Notes: a model not told the origin generated them from the letters alone. 64,000 nucleotides of DNA from Tubiluchus corallicola (GCA_030141605.1 JAQGDQ010000069.1:563126-627125), one strand, 5' to 3'. Positions 1 through 12,240 are shown, numbered from the stretch's first letter. Numbers and translations are program-made.

Positions 1-1255
1 AATTTTGAATTGATGTAAATTTGATTGTATCACGGGTTCCTCAGAGTTTTGAATTTGGTAACTGAATAAATATTTTTGAAATGCCAATCACCGTTATGGA
101 GTGATTGATGCTTTATTCCACCTAGATTCATATTCTTCTTGAGATGTGATCTTTCTTATAGTTTTTTAAATCATTTTTAACATTTTTTGTTGGACAATCG
201 TAGCAGCAAGTTGGCGTAAAGTTGAAGTACCGCTAAACCGTGAATAGGCTGGTGCTAGAATGAGCTGAGAAAAGCGTAAATAGCAAATCTATAACATTTA
301 CGCCGTTGGCATTGTTTTTAGAACTATGGAGTTTTGAATTTACATCTAGATGCATTTCCGTCAGATTTTGGCTTCTAAAAATGTAAATCTAAGCCATGAT
401 TATTCATCGAATTCTAAAAAATGTTGCGTGTTTTCAACAACTTTTAAGTTTCTGCACAACATCAGCAGTAAATCTGCTGCTGAATGGCACAGGTGAATTT
501 GCTAGGCTATTTTGCTCCAGGCACATCTATTTGATATTTGGACAAGATTTTTGAAGATCAAACGTATTTGTAAAGTATAAGCCTTCTTTTGAGAGAAATT
601 TCCAAAAACTTTTGTTGCATCTGAAATTATTAACGCAACCTCATAAAACTAGCAAGTTGGTGAAGTTTATGCAACACCCTGTAGTAAAATGAGTCTGGTT
701 ATTATACAGACTAGTGTTACATGGAATATGCGCACATTGTCAGTGGGTTGGTAGTGCGGCGGTTGGGTAAAATTTTAGTTTGATAAATAAGAGTTAATGC
801 CATGAGATCTAGCGCCTGTGAACCAAAAGACTAGCAGAACTGATAAATGTAGTTTGAAATTCTCGTATTGTTATTATTAATTGTGATGTGGGACAGAACA
901 CATTAGCTGGCTACATAACTTTCAGTAGTAACTAGTCTTAGCAGCTGTGATATGGATGAGATATATTGGGGTGATAGGGTACAGCCTGGTTTTTGGCTGG
1001 AAAAAGACAGAATTGTGAACAGAATGTTGACAACCGGTGCATAATAAAAAATGCTAGCTGTTATTTATGTAAGGTATTGAACCTCTATTTTGCAACTGCT
1101 GTTGCATAAATACATTCACCTACCCCCCTAAAATTGTTAATGCCTATAACAAATGTATGAACCTTTCTATAATTTTCTACAGACGTTACAATTTTGATTT
1201 TTGCAAAAAGTTAATTTTATAAACTCACAAAACAGTACAAAATTAGAAAGTGTGA

Positions 1256-1330
1256 AAAATGCACCTCCACTGGGACTTGAACCCAAAACTTCTGCTATCT
1301 GGTTCACTGGTCACCGATCATCCGTGATCA
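1256..1330 (-). mobile_element. Degenerate tRNA-like/SINE-head repeat
   Basis: Minus strand reads GGGTTCAAGTCC (B-box) CAGTGGAGGTGCATTTTT; a closely similar 3' end occurs at 22046-22078. No intact cloverleaf. Confidence 0.45.
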
Positions 1331-2011
1331 TTGAAAAGCAGACCAATTGAAATTAGATATCTTGAAATGGAAGACTGAGATCAGAAAATTAGATAAATAT
1401 TACTTCAGGTCATTGTAACTTTTCAGCACTTTTTGCAAGAAAGAGATATTATTCGGCTAGAGATAGCCTACAAAGAGAAAAGTGATTAAACATTTCTCAG
1501 AGTTAGAAAAAAAACAGAGGTAACAGAAGCACTGTACGTAGTTTGGTGTAGCAGATACAAAGTATACAAACTTTTAACACTTTCAATTGATAATTTTTTG
1601 CTATTTCAGATTATGAACTGGTCGTTTTCGTTTCGGGTTTGTTTCGAAAAACTAATCTGATTGTTTTCAAATATGTATAGAGCAACGTTTCAAGTTAAAA
1701 TATGTCTTAAACAGCAGCAGTAAGTTTATATCACACACTCAGAAAGGTATTAAATAAGGTATTCTTAAAACAAAAAAATGAAAGCGAAACGTTGCCATAT
1801 TTATTTCTAAATTTAAATGAAACTACTGTTGGCACAACGAAAGCTGTTGAACATACTTAGATTTCATTTTCCACATGCACATCTTTGTGGATTCAAAGTA
1901 CATAATCAACTAATGTAAATACTTGCAGAAAAATGTATATATTAAGTATTGTCGTATACATAGTTAGATAAAATGTAAATGTTCTCAATGCAGAATATAC
2001 AGACATTAGTT

Positions 2012-2998
2012 CTACTGTGGTTGAACTGACACAACTATGCCTCTTTGGTTATTGTTTTGACACTTTTTACACATTATTACCCTTGCAAGAATGTCGCGCA
2101 ATTCTTTTAATTTGTAAAAATAAATAAAAATGTTTAAGAAAGCGGTTAAAACAAGCATTAGATTGACTAAACGCTTTACGATGCTGAATTCTCTTGTTAT
2201 CATACCCGAGTGGAACAAAACAGAATGTATAAAATATGGTGAAAGTAAAAATGCTGTAATAAATGTCAGAAGAGATACAGACATAGTCGTCTTGATGCGT
2301 TTCTTTATGTTCAAGAAGCTGCTTTGTCCTCCAGTTAGATGAGACTCGGGTGACACTCGTGTTTTGTGGTGCAGGACAATGACCAATATACGAGAATAAG
2401 CAATTGTCATGACAAGAAGCAAGAGAAAATAATGGGCACTAAAAAACAAGCCAAATTCATGATGAATGTGATGTATTAGCACGCAGTTCCCAAAATGTTT
2501 TTCAGAGATCAATTGCATTGTAGAAACAATGCCTACAATGTTGCAGTACAACCATAGGCAGAGAAGGATGATTTTTAAATGTTTGATAGTGCAGATTATT
2601 GGGTAGTGAAGAGGGTAAATGATAGCAATGTAGCGATCAATTGTAATGCAGACATGTGTTAACATACTTGCTGCAAAACTCGTGTAACTGGAGAACGCAT
2701 TCAGGAAGCAATTTACTATATAAATTTCATCATATATGACTCTCTGAATGTGAACAAGAATTTGGAAAAATCCAAGACAAGCGTGAGAAGTAGCTAGGTT
2801 TGCCAGCAACAGATTTCCAATGCTTCTCAGCGTGTTCGTTGAAACTATGGTGGCAATGACAAATATGTCAATTCCGGTGTTAGCTGTTGCTGTTACGATC
2901 ATAGCGATTTCGTACACAGTATTTGACGTACTGCCACCTTGACTCCTAGCAAAGCCGGTCTGATTTACGACATTGATTTCTGATGAAAAATTGCTCAT
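2012..2998 (-). CDS. Class A (rhodopsin-like) GPCR, orphan, single coding exon, 328 aa
   Basis: Intact ORF with 7 hydrophobic segments, N-terminal NxS/T sites (NFS, NQT), TM2 NLLLANLA, TM3 Cys and DRY followed by IIYPLHY, TM4 Trp, TM5 Y-SRI, TM6 Pro, TM7 LNIFIY and helix 8 KELR. Ligand class cannot be assigned. Confidence 0.93.
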   Translation of the reverse strand: MSNFSSEINVVNQTGFARSQGGSTSNTVYEIAMIVTATANTGIDIFVIATIVSTNTLRSIGNLLLANLATSHACLGFFQILVHIQRVIYDEIYIVNCFLNAFSSYTSFAASMLTHVCITIDRYIAIIYPLHYPIICTIKHLKIILLCLWLYCNIVGIVSTMQLISEKHFGNCVLIHHIHHEFGLFFSAHYFLLLLVMTIAYSRILVIVLHHKTRVSPESHLTGGQSSFLNIKKRIKTTMSVSLLTFITAFLLSPYFIHSVLFHSGMITREFSIVKRLVNLMLVLTAFLNIFIYFYKLKELRDILARVIMCKKCQNNNQRGIVVSVQPQ

Positions 2999-4773
2999 GT
3001 TTTATGACAGTATCTTGACCTTCAAAATATAGACAGATGTAGACGTGCTACGAATTTTGAAGCTTTAAATGTATATGTTCTTTTGATTCATAAACCTGAT
3101 AAGTTTAGATAATCAGAAACTCCTCAACGTATATCTTCTGTTAAACAGTCATATAAGCTGATTTTCACTTGGCTTCTTTATAGCTATATGATTACATTTA
3201 CACATGTATGCACTAACTGTTCAACAGCAATGTACAAATGCGTATACGACTCTGTTCCTGTATGTGACTCTGAAACTCATGATGATACTGAAATTACAGT
3301 GCAATTACGTCAAAATGAGTTGCAGTGCAAAACCCCTAGTCCTTATTCTAGCTGCGTCACAATGTCTTGCCGACAGATGAAGTCAATAGAGCTTGGAAAA
3401 TACGTATATTGCATAATAAAATGCACAGCAACTGTTATTAAATTTGAAAAATTTCCTCTGATTTCTGTGGCTGAAATGGTTTAAAAATTTAATTAACTGT
3501 CAGGCGTATGACATTGATATCAGCCAAGGTTGAACAGGAAACAAGTTTTATTTTGGAACACATGATTAGAGGTTGAATTTGATGCTTTGATGTCACAATT
3601 TGCAATGATGAGATCAAAACTAAAACTTATAATTGATGTTGCCATTTGTTATCTATTTGCTTCAGTGGGTAAATTCCCAAGTACATGTAATAGCTTTCAG
3701 AAACGATAATTTTTTTCAGCCACTGTCAAAGTAAGACAAAGGGGTGCAGTAGGGTGCAGTTTAATATGATTTCTATATAAAACTTTCAAACCTTAGTAAC
3801 AAGGTGTTGGTATTATTGTATCGGTGGTAGTTCTTTAATTACAGAGCAGATTTTGTAAGTGTCTAGCAGAAGTCAGTAAAGTAACACAGATAACCGGCTT
3901 TTTAAATAAGCTTTCAAAAACACTTTTTGGATGCAAGACATTTTATCTTGAACTATGAAAATCACGGTCGATATTCCTCTATGGCTGTGAGTTACTCTTC
4001 GTCCAATTGATTATATAAATGACTGTTGCTGTATTTGGTAACTTATTCTAGTTGAACATTGGATTTTGGTTGTATGAAATCTGATTCGTACTAGACCGAA
4101 GACCCATACCTGATTACAATAACAGTCTGCAAACTTTCAAAATTATGAGCCTCAAATGACGAAGGGACCTATCCTCTCTTGTATTTGGATATAAGGCAAT
4201 GTATGGTTATTTCTGCCGCCATTTAGAAAGCTTATGGTCATTTTCAGGATCAAGCCGTATGCATGGTCAGATGCTTCTAAACAGTAACCACCTGCCTGTG
4301 TGCTTTATTTTATTACACATGCATTTTAATCCTTAGGCCACGTAAATAGTTTAATTATATATTTATCGATGCAGAATGTACAGACAGAAAGATCTGTGTA
4401 TGTATGTATCCAAATGCCATTAAGAAATTGAAGTGAAACTTGGCCGCATTAATGTTTGAAAATTAAAAAGAAGACACCAGTAAAGTTACCAGCTGAAAAT
4501 TACAGCAATACAGCTATTGAAATAAAGTATTCCTAAATCGTAAGGAATTAAAATGTAACATCGACATATTTATTTTTTCAATTTAAGTGAAACTAAAGTT
4601 GGCATAAAATGTTGTTGAACAATGTTTGCTTCATGCACACTTTTTTGGATTCAAAGTACGCATCAACTGACATAAATACTTAGAGAAAAGTGAATATATT
4701 AAGAACAGAGAAGGCCTACATGACAGATAAAAAGTAAATGTTCTCAATGCAGAATGTGTAGACAGTTATACTT

Positions 4774-5757
4774 CTATTGTGTTTGAGCTAATACAACTAT
4801 ACCACTTTGGTTATTGTTTCGACCCTTTATACATAGTATTAGTCTTGCCAGAATATCTCGCAATTCTTTTAATTTGTAAAAATAAATAAAAATGTTTAAG
4901 AAAGCAGTTAAACCTACCATTAAATTGGCTAAACGCTTTACGACTCCAAATTCACCTGTTATCATACCTGAGTGGTACAATACAGAATGTATAAAGTATG
5001 GTGAAAGTAAAAATGCTGTAATAAATGTCAGAAGAGATACAGACATAGTCGTCTTGATGCGTTTCTTTATGTTCAAAAGGCTGCTTTGTCCTCCAGTTAG
5101 ATGAGACTCGGGTGACACTCGTGTTTTGTGGTGCAGGACAATGACCAATATACGAGAATAAGTAACTATCATGACCAGAAGCAACAGAAAATAATGGGCA
5201 CTGAAAAACAAGCCAAATTCATGATGAATGTGATGTATGGGCACGCAGTTCCCAAGATGTTTTTCAGACATCAAGTACATTGTAGGAACAATGCCTACAA
5301 TGTTACAGTACAACCATAGGCAGAGAAGGACAATTTTTAGACGTTTGATAGTGCAGATTATCGGGTAGTGAAGAGGGTAAATGATAGCAATGTAGCGATC
5401 AATTGTAATGCAGACATGTGTTAACATACTTGCCAGAAAAGTCATGTAACAAGAGAACACATTCAGGAAGCAACTTACTATGTAAATTTCATCATATATG
5501 ACTCTCTGAATTTGAACAAGAATTTGGGAAATTCCAAAACAAGCGTGAGAAGTAGCTAGGTTTGCCAGCAACAGATTTCCAACTCTTCTCAGTGTCTTCA
5601 TTGAAACTATGGTGACAATGACAAATATGTCAATTCCAGTGTTAGCTGTTGCTGCTATTATAATAGCAATTTTGTACACAGTAGCTAATACATTGGCCTC
5701 TTCGCTAGCAATGCGAGTTTGATTTGCAATAGTAAAAACATCATAAGAATCATTCAT
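4774..5757 (-). CDS. Class A (rhodopsin-like) GPCR, tandem paralog of 2012-2998, 327 aa
   Basis: Intact ORF collinear with the 328-aa GPCR and carrying the same motifs. The 3' flanks (~1750-2010 vs ~4510-4770) and ~80 bp of 5' flank are also homologous. Confidence 0.93.
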   Translation of the reverse strand: MNDSYDVFTIANQTRIASEEANVLATVYKIAIIIAATANTGIDIFVIVTIVSMKTLRRVGNLLLANLATSHACFGISQILVQIQRVIYDEIYIVSCFLNVFSCYMTFLASMLTHVCITIDRYIAIIYPLHYPIICTIKRLKIVLLCLWLYCNIVGIVPTMYLMSEKHLGNCVPIHHIHHEFGLFFSAHYFLLLLVMIVTYSRILVIVLHHKTRVSPESHLTGGQSSLLNIKKRIKTTMSVSLLTFITAFLLSPYFIHSVLYHSGMITGEFGVVKRLANLMVGLTAFLNIFIYFYKLKELRDILARLILCIKGRNNNQSGIVVLAQTQ

Positions 5758-5839
5758 GTTTTACGTCATGTCATGATTTTTCAAACTTTTTAGATGCAAA
5801 TGTTGTGAATTTCTAAGCTTTATAAATGTGGATGTTGGC

Positions 5840-8275
5840 AAATATAGATGTAGCGACTGATGTAGCAACTTGGCAAATGTAGGCAGTCTGCTGATGTAGA
5901 AACTTGGCAAATGTAGGTAGTCTGCTGATGTAGAAACTTGGCAAATATAGATGGTCTGCTGATGTAGAAACTTGGCAAATGTAGATAGCCTGCTGATGTA
6001 GAAACTTGGCAAATGTAGGCAGTCTACTGATGTAAAAACTTGGCAAATGTAGGTAGTCTGCTGATGTAGAAACTTGGCAAATATAGATGGTCTGCTGATG
6101 TAGAAACTTGGCAAATGTAGATAGCCTGCTGATGTAGAAACTTGGCAAATGTAGGCAGTCTACTGATGTAAAAACTTGGCAAATGTAGGCAGTCTGTTAA
6201 TGTAGAAACTTGGCAAATGAAGATAGTTTGCTGATATAGAAACTTGGCAAATGTAGACAGTCTACTGATATAGAAACTTGGCAAATGTAGGCAGTCTACT
6301 GATGTAGAAACTTGGCAAATGTAGACAGTCTGCTGATGTAGAAACTTGGCAAATGAAGATAGTTTGCTGATATAGAAACTTGGCAAATGTAGACAGTCTA
6401 CTGATATAGAAACTTGGCAAATGTAGGCAGTCTACTGATGTAGAAACTTGGCAAATGTAGACAGTCTGCTGATGTAGAAACTTGGCAAATGTAGATAGTT
6501 TGCTGATGTAGAAACTTGGCAAATGTAGGCAGTCTACTGATGTAGTAACTTGGCAAATGTAGGTAGTCTGCTGATGTAGAAACTTGGCAAATGTAGGCAG
6601 TCTGCTGATATAGAAACTTGGCAAATATAGATGGTCTGCTGATGTAGAAACTTGGCAAATGTAGATAGCCTGCTGATGTAGAAACTTGGCAAATGTAGGC
6701 AGTCTACTGATGTAAAAACTTGGCAAATGTAGGCAGTCTGTTAATGTAGAAACTTGGCAAATGTAGACAGTCTACTGATGTAGAAACTTGGCAAATGTAG
6801 ACAGTCTACTGATGTAGAAACTTGGCAAATGTAGATAGTTTGCTGATATAGAAACTTGGCAAATGTAGACAGTCTGCTGATGTAGAAACTTGGCAAATAT
6901 AGATGGTCTGCTGATGTAGAAACTTGGCAAATGTAGATAGCCTGCTGATGTAGAAACTTGGCAAATGTAGGCAGTCTACTGATGTAAAAACTTGGCAAAT
7001 GTAGGCAGTCTGTTAATGTAGAAACTTGGCAAATGAAGATAGTTTGCTGATATAGAAACTTGGCAAATGTAGACAGTCTACTGATATAGAAACTTGGCAA
7101 ATGTAGGCAGTCTACTGATGTAGAAACTTGGCAAATGTAGATAGTTTGCTGATGTAGAAAGTTGGCAAATGTAGGCAGTCTACTGATGTAGTAACTTGGC
7201 AAATGTAGGCAGTCTGCTGATGTAGAAACTTGGCAAATATAGATGGTCTGCTGATGTAGAAACTTGGCAAATGTAGACAGTTTGCTGATGTAGAAACTTG
7301 GCAAATGTAGACAGTCTGCTGATGTAGAAACTTGGCAAATATAGATGGTCTGCTGATGTAGAAACTTGGCAAATGTAGGCAGTCTGCTGATGTAGAAACT
7401 TGGCAAATGTAGATAGTTTGCTGATGTAGAAACTTGGCAAATGTAGGCAGTCTGTTAATGTAGAAACTTGGCAAATGTAGACAGTCTACTGATGTAGAAA
7501 CTTGGCAAATGTAGGCAGTCTACTGATGTAGAAACTTGGCAAATTTAGACAGTCTGCTGATGTAGAAACTTGGCAAATGTTGACAGTCTACTGATGTAGA
7601 AACTTGGCAAATGTAGGCAGTCTGCTGATGTAGAAACTTGGCAAATGTAGATAGTTTGCTGATGTAGAAACTTGGCAAATGTAGACAGTCTGCTGATGTA
7701 GAAACTTGGCAAATGTTGACAGTCTACTGATGTAGAAACTTGGCAAATATAGATGGTCTGCTGATGTAGAAACTTGGCAAATGTAGGCAGTCTACTGATG
7801 TAGAAACTTGGCAAATATAGGCAGTTTGCTGATGTAGAAACTTGGCAAATATAGATGGTCTACTGATGTAGAAACTTGGCAAATGTAGGCAGTCTACTGA
7901 TGTAGAAACTTGGCAAATATAGACAGTCTGCTCACGTAGAAACTTGACAAATATAGATGGTCTGCTGATGTAGAAACTTGGCAAATGTAGACAGTTTGCT
8001 GATGTAGAAACTTGGCAAATGTAGACAGTTTGCTGATGTAGAAACTTGGCAAATGTAGGCAGTCTGCTGATGTAGAAACTTGGCAAATGTAGGCAGTCTG
8101 CTGATGTAGAAACGTGGCAAATGTAGACAGTCCACTAAAGTAGAAACTTGGTAACTGTAGGCAGTCTGTTGATGTAGAAACTTGGCAAATGTAGACAGTC
8201 TCCTGAAGTAGGAACTTGGTAAATGTAGACTGTTTGACAATATAGAGAGTTGGCAATATAGATAGTCTGCTGACT
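5840..8275. repeat. 34-bp tandem minisatellite/satellite, ~70 copies
   Basis: Unit ATGTAGAAACTTGGCAA-ATGTAG(G/A)CAGTCT(G/A)CTG, i.e. two 17-bp halves both starting ATGTAG. It degenerates further to ~8540. The many minus-strand ORFs here are translations of the repeat. Confidence 0.97.
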
Positions 8276-9496
8276 TTTGTAGATTTGCTTCTGTTTTCAG
8301 AGAGCTGGTAAATAGTAAATTCCTGGCTAATTGGAAAACTTTGTTGCTGTAGATGTTCTAGAAAACTTGGTATATATAGTTGTCCTTTTTGACTGAGAAA
8401 CTTGGTAATTGTGCAGGTGTTCTACTTACCCAGAAACTTCGTAAAAACGTGCTTGTCTTGCTGATTGGTAAATTTGAAAATGTCTGAATGTTATTGGCTT
8501 GGAAATTTGTAGATATAGCTGTGCTGCAGATGTAGAAATTTTGTCACTGAAGCCTGATGGATACAGATGTTGTTAGTCATAAAGGTATAGTACTTACTGA
8601 TTTTGATTAAGATTTCGCATAGTCATTTGACAATATTTGCGCTTGCGCTATACTCATTTTGAACAACAGTATCCGTGTTATTCTGAATGCATGTTTCATT
8701 TTGAAACTCAAGATTATATCAAAAAACATAAAAGTTAAACTTCTAAAATTTCTTACTATTATTGTAACTTATACTGCAATATTTTGTGACAAATAAAGTG
8801 GAAATTGCTTCGAAAATTAGAATATGTAACAAAATACATAATGAATGTTATCAATTTTGGAAATTCTCTTTGTTGTCATGATTTAAATTTATTGAAAGTT
8901 GTGTTTTCAAAGCTCATTCATTTTTGCCGACGTTTTATTTGAAATCATTTGCAACCTCAGAAAGTATTTAAATTTCTACTGTGTCGCAATTCGCACATTT
9001 AGCATCGGGCTAATGCCTAAATGGTAGAGTGTACAAACTTAGGAGTGAAAACATGATTAAGTTGTCTTTACATAGGTAGCTCTTAGTACATTTGTAGCTT
9101 TTTGCATAAATTGCATCCTTCACCATTGCTGTATCAGTAACATTTCAAGTGGCATCCAGTGGTAGAACCATACTGATGGTTTCTTTCTAGAGTATTGTAA
9201 AAACAACATACATAACAATAGGGGTTGTGTCATTTCCTCTCCTGCAATTTCATTTGCTTTTTGATTATTAAGATGTCCCATGTTGCTTTTTTGTGTGTTT
9301 TTTTGGGTACATTGTAGCAAAAGCTAAAGGTTTTGAGTCTGTTCTCTATTCCTGCCAATGAATTGTAATTCACATTGGCAAAAGATTAGCAAACGTCATT
9401 GTGACATTGACCTGCAAGTCTCTTGACCTTTTAGCATAAGTTTCACAGCACTTTTTCTGTATAAGGATAATCCTTTATAGCTATTTTTAAAATTTT

Positions 9497-9544
9497 TAAT
9501 ACATATCTATTGATTTTACCTAATACATATCTATTGATTTTACC
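9497..9544. repeat. 24-bp direct tandem duplication
   Basis: TAATACATATCTATTGATTTTACC occurs twice head-to-tail. Confidence 0.85.
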
Positions 9545-10304
9545 AAATAAATAGGCAAATAACTACATGCATGTTAAGTATCTGAGTAATAATAAGTAGC
9601 CATAAAAGTAATATATGCTATGTCTAATCTGGCCATTAACTCCTTATTTGCTCTGCAGATGTCGACAACATATAAACATATTCCAAAAAATATCAATATT
9701 TTATAGCTTTAAGCAATTTAGAAAAAATAAATGACTGTATTATTCTGGGTGTATGAAATAAGCCAGGATTTAAACCAGAGTCTTGTTTGTGGTCAAGACA
9801 GGCTTTAATTCAGTCCCAATACCTGACGGAACTAGCCGTGTCTGTATTCAAAGAATGCAATTTTGCAGTCCTTAGAGACAGGTAGACAAGTTGACACGAA
9901 AACTTATTAGAAAGCTTGTTTAATACTTGTAAGTATTTTTAGTTTTTTTGGAACAGTTTTGTATTGAAATTTTTTGCTCTCAAGTGTCTGACTGGCTTCA
10001 TGACCAGCTTTACTTTCTGCACAAGTGATGGCAGCACCTGCTAGGTGCACTAATTCTGTGGAATCCCTGTAGCTGTGTCATCGTGATGTATTCTAGCTCT
10101 CCAGAGAGTGTTGTTATTCCAGTTTGTGATTTCTTATTTGTGGCAATCAATACCTGACTTTAGCAGTAGCGAATTTTGGTGACTTTCAAGGTATGAATGC
10201 ATTGCTTGATTTAATTCATCTATGCAAGCTTTATTAAGGAAGAGTTTTGTCCTTATAAGCAAAGTTTATTAGATACCAACACTGTTGCAGAAAAATGATA
10301 TTTA

Positions 10305-10365
10305 AAAAATACATCATTATGGGATTTGAACCCGTATGATGCTGTCTTGCTGGACTAAAGCATTA
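10305..10365 (-). mobile_element. Degenerate tRNA-like repeat
   Basis: Minus strand GGGTTCAAATCCC B-box-like motif followed by a T-run; the rest is decayed. Confidence 0.3.
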
Positions 10366-12049
10366 TTTTCTTATGTGTTGTAACTTGTAAAATTACCTGG
10401 ATTAATTTTGCTAATCTGATTAAGAGTATATTTCACTTCATCATAATATAGCTTCAGTATTTGTCAAGTAATGCATACCAGTTCAGTGTATTACAGTGCT
10501 GACCGTTCACTAGGAAATTATTTAGAGCTGTACAGATTTACAAAAATAGCAGAAACAGATCTTTTCGTCCCATTCTTTGAACTGTGGTCACAAAAGCAAA
10601 CATTTCCATCTAATTTTTGTGCAGTAAGCACAACTCTTAAATACTATAAAAGAACGTTGAAAATTTTATTCGTTAGTAGCCTTAGTAGCTATGAATTTTC
10701 CTCAAATTTCTCATTTGTTTATTGCTATTTCTAAGGTGGGGGTTGAATCCAATTTAGGTAAGAGTACCAAGTGGGGTGTCTTTTGACTTTTGTCTTGAAG
10801 AGATATAATTTAATTGTCTAAGCATAATAGTAATTTGTGTATGTAAAAAACCTATTTTAATGTTTTATTAAAATTGATATCAAGTCACTTTTATTTTTTA
10901 TGTTTTTATTTTTTATGGACTTAGGTTTTACAGTTTAGGACTGAAGTACAGTTTTGTTTTATGATCCAATGATCTATGTGTACTGCATATCTGCTCTGTC
11001 ACCTGTAATTATTGATTTCTCTAGCTAAAGACACCTCACACACCTATGCAGGGTTGTGTGATGTTTGATCACCAGCTGTTGTAGATTCTGATAGCTGTGT
11101 AATCATGTTGTTTTATTGATCACACCTCTGTGTGTAAATGCTTTGATGTTGTTCAGCATAGAGGAATAATGTAATGACACTGAACTGAGTAAGAAATCTC
11201 ACAAATTCTTTTTCAAATTCCGTATAAATTTAGGGTGTTTTGAAAATAAGAGATGTGGTTTATTTATTTTATTTATGCCATTAATATGGCATACATTTTC
11301 GTCACAGGAAAGTTCAGGGAACATATAATAATATTATATTTATTTATACTTAGTGTTATATAAATTTTATAAAAGATTAATTGGCTGGAGTGCTACAAAA
11401 GCTTTACGAACCACTAATACTCTTGTTCTTTTTTCTTGTTGTTGTGTTTACTTGAGATTTTTATGAAAGGAAAATTCAGCACATTATAAAATAAATGTAT
11501 AGTAAATGAAAAGACTCATCGCCAAACCTTTATATGCAACTTCAATTCTTTTTACTTTCATCATTCTAGCTGACAACTTTAGTTTAGATTTTTTAAGGCT
11601 ATATTTAAATTTAAATTAGGATTTTGCAGTACAGCTGTGTGAGTAGGTAATTTATTGTATAAACACGTTATGAGTTCATGCTAGTTGTGTGCTACAGCGA
11701 AACATTGTAATGAGGATATAGATATTGTTCTGAATATGACAGTGTTTAACTTTAAAGACTAAAGGATAAGAGTTTAGCACTTTGTTGCAACATGTTAACT
11801 ACATATTATTCCCTGTTTCTGGAAGAAATGAGCAAAAATTGATTTTTATTTGCTGTAGAATATTTTTAGCAATTTGTTTAAACTGTGCTCAAGAATACTT
11901 CTCTACTAACTAAGTGAAACTGTAGAAGAGTCCTCCAAATTTCCTTTTCTGCTTCAAGAGTTCTATTTTTGTAATGCATGTTTGCTTTGCTTAACTTGTG
12001 TGGCAAAATGGAAACTTCCTTCAGAAACTGGATCAATTCCGAGGCCTAT

Positions 12050-12240
12050 AAAGTTCCCAACCCCCTTCCCGATAAATTTGCCTGCACAGTTGCCAACTTG
12101 CTTCTCAGTAAATCTGCCTATATACTTCCTAGTTCCCAACCTCTTTCCCATTAATATATCTGTACACTTCCCAACCTCCATCCCTATAAATCTGTCTGTA
12201 CACTTCCCAACCCCCTTTCCGATAAATCTGCCTGTTGCAT
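12050..12240. repeat. Degenerate ~36-bp tandem repeat, ~5 copies
   Basis: Unit TTCCCAACCCCCTTCCCGATAAATYTGCCTGYACAS; it produces the repetitive ORFs 11963-12313 and 11982-12284. Confidence 0.8.

Noticed and set aside
2130-5319. Plus-strand ORFs 2130-2342, 4892-5104 and 5128-5319
   Set aside because: Antisense shadows of the GPCR coding sequences.
5761-8256. Many overlapping minus-strand ORFs (SFYISRLPTFAKFLHQQ...)
   Set aside because: They are translations of a 34-bp unit cycling through frames, with TTG starts and scattered stops; no evidence of coding.
5840-8275. CRISPR-like alternation of a constant 17-mer and a variable 17-mer
   Set aside because: The variable parts are point variants of one sequence rather than unique spacers; the context is eukaryotic and there are no cas genes.
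9120-10200. GC-richer patches that might be NEDD1 WD40 exons or a third decayed GPCR
   Set aside because: No frame gave WD40 or 7TM motifs, and stops interrupt the candidate frames.
10735-10757. Possible mini-exon (AAG|GTGGGGGTTGAATCCAATTTAG|GTAAGA)
   Set aside because: Weak AAG acceptor, length not a multiple of 3, no homology support.
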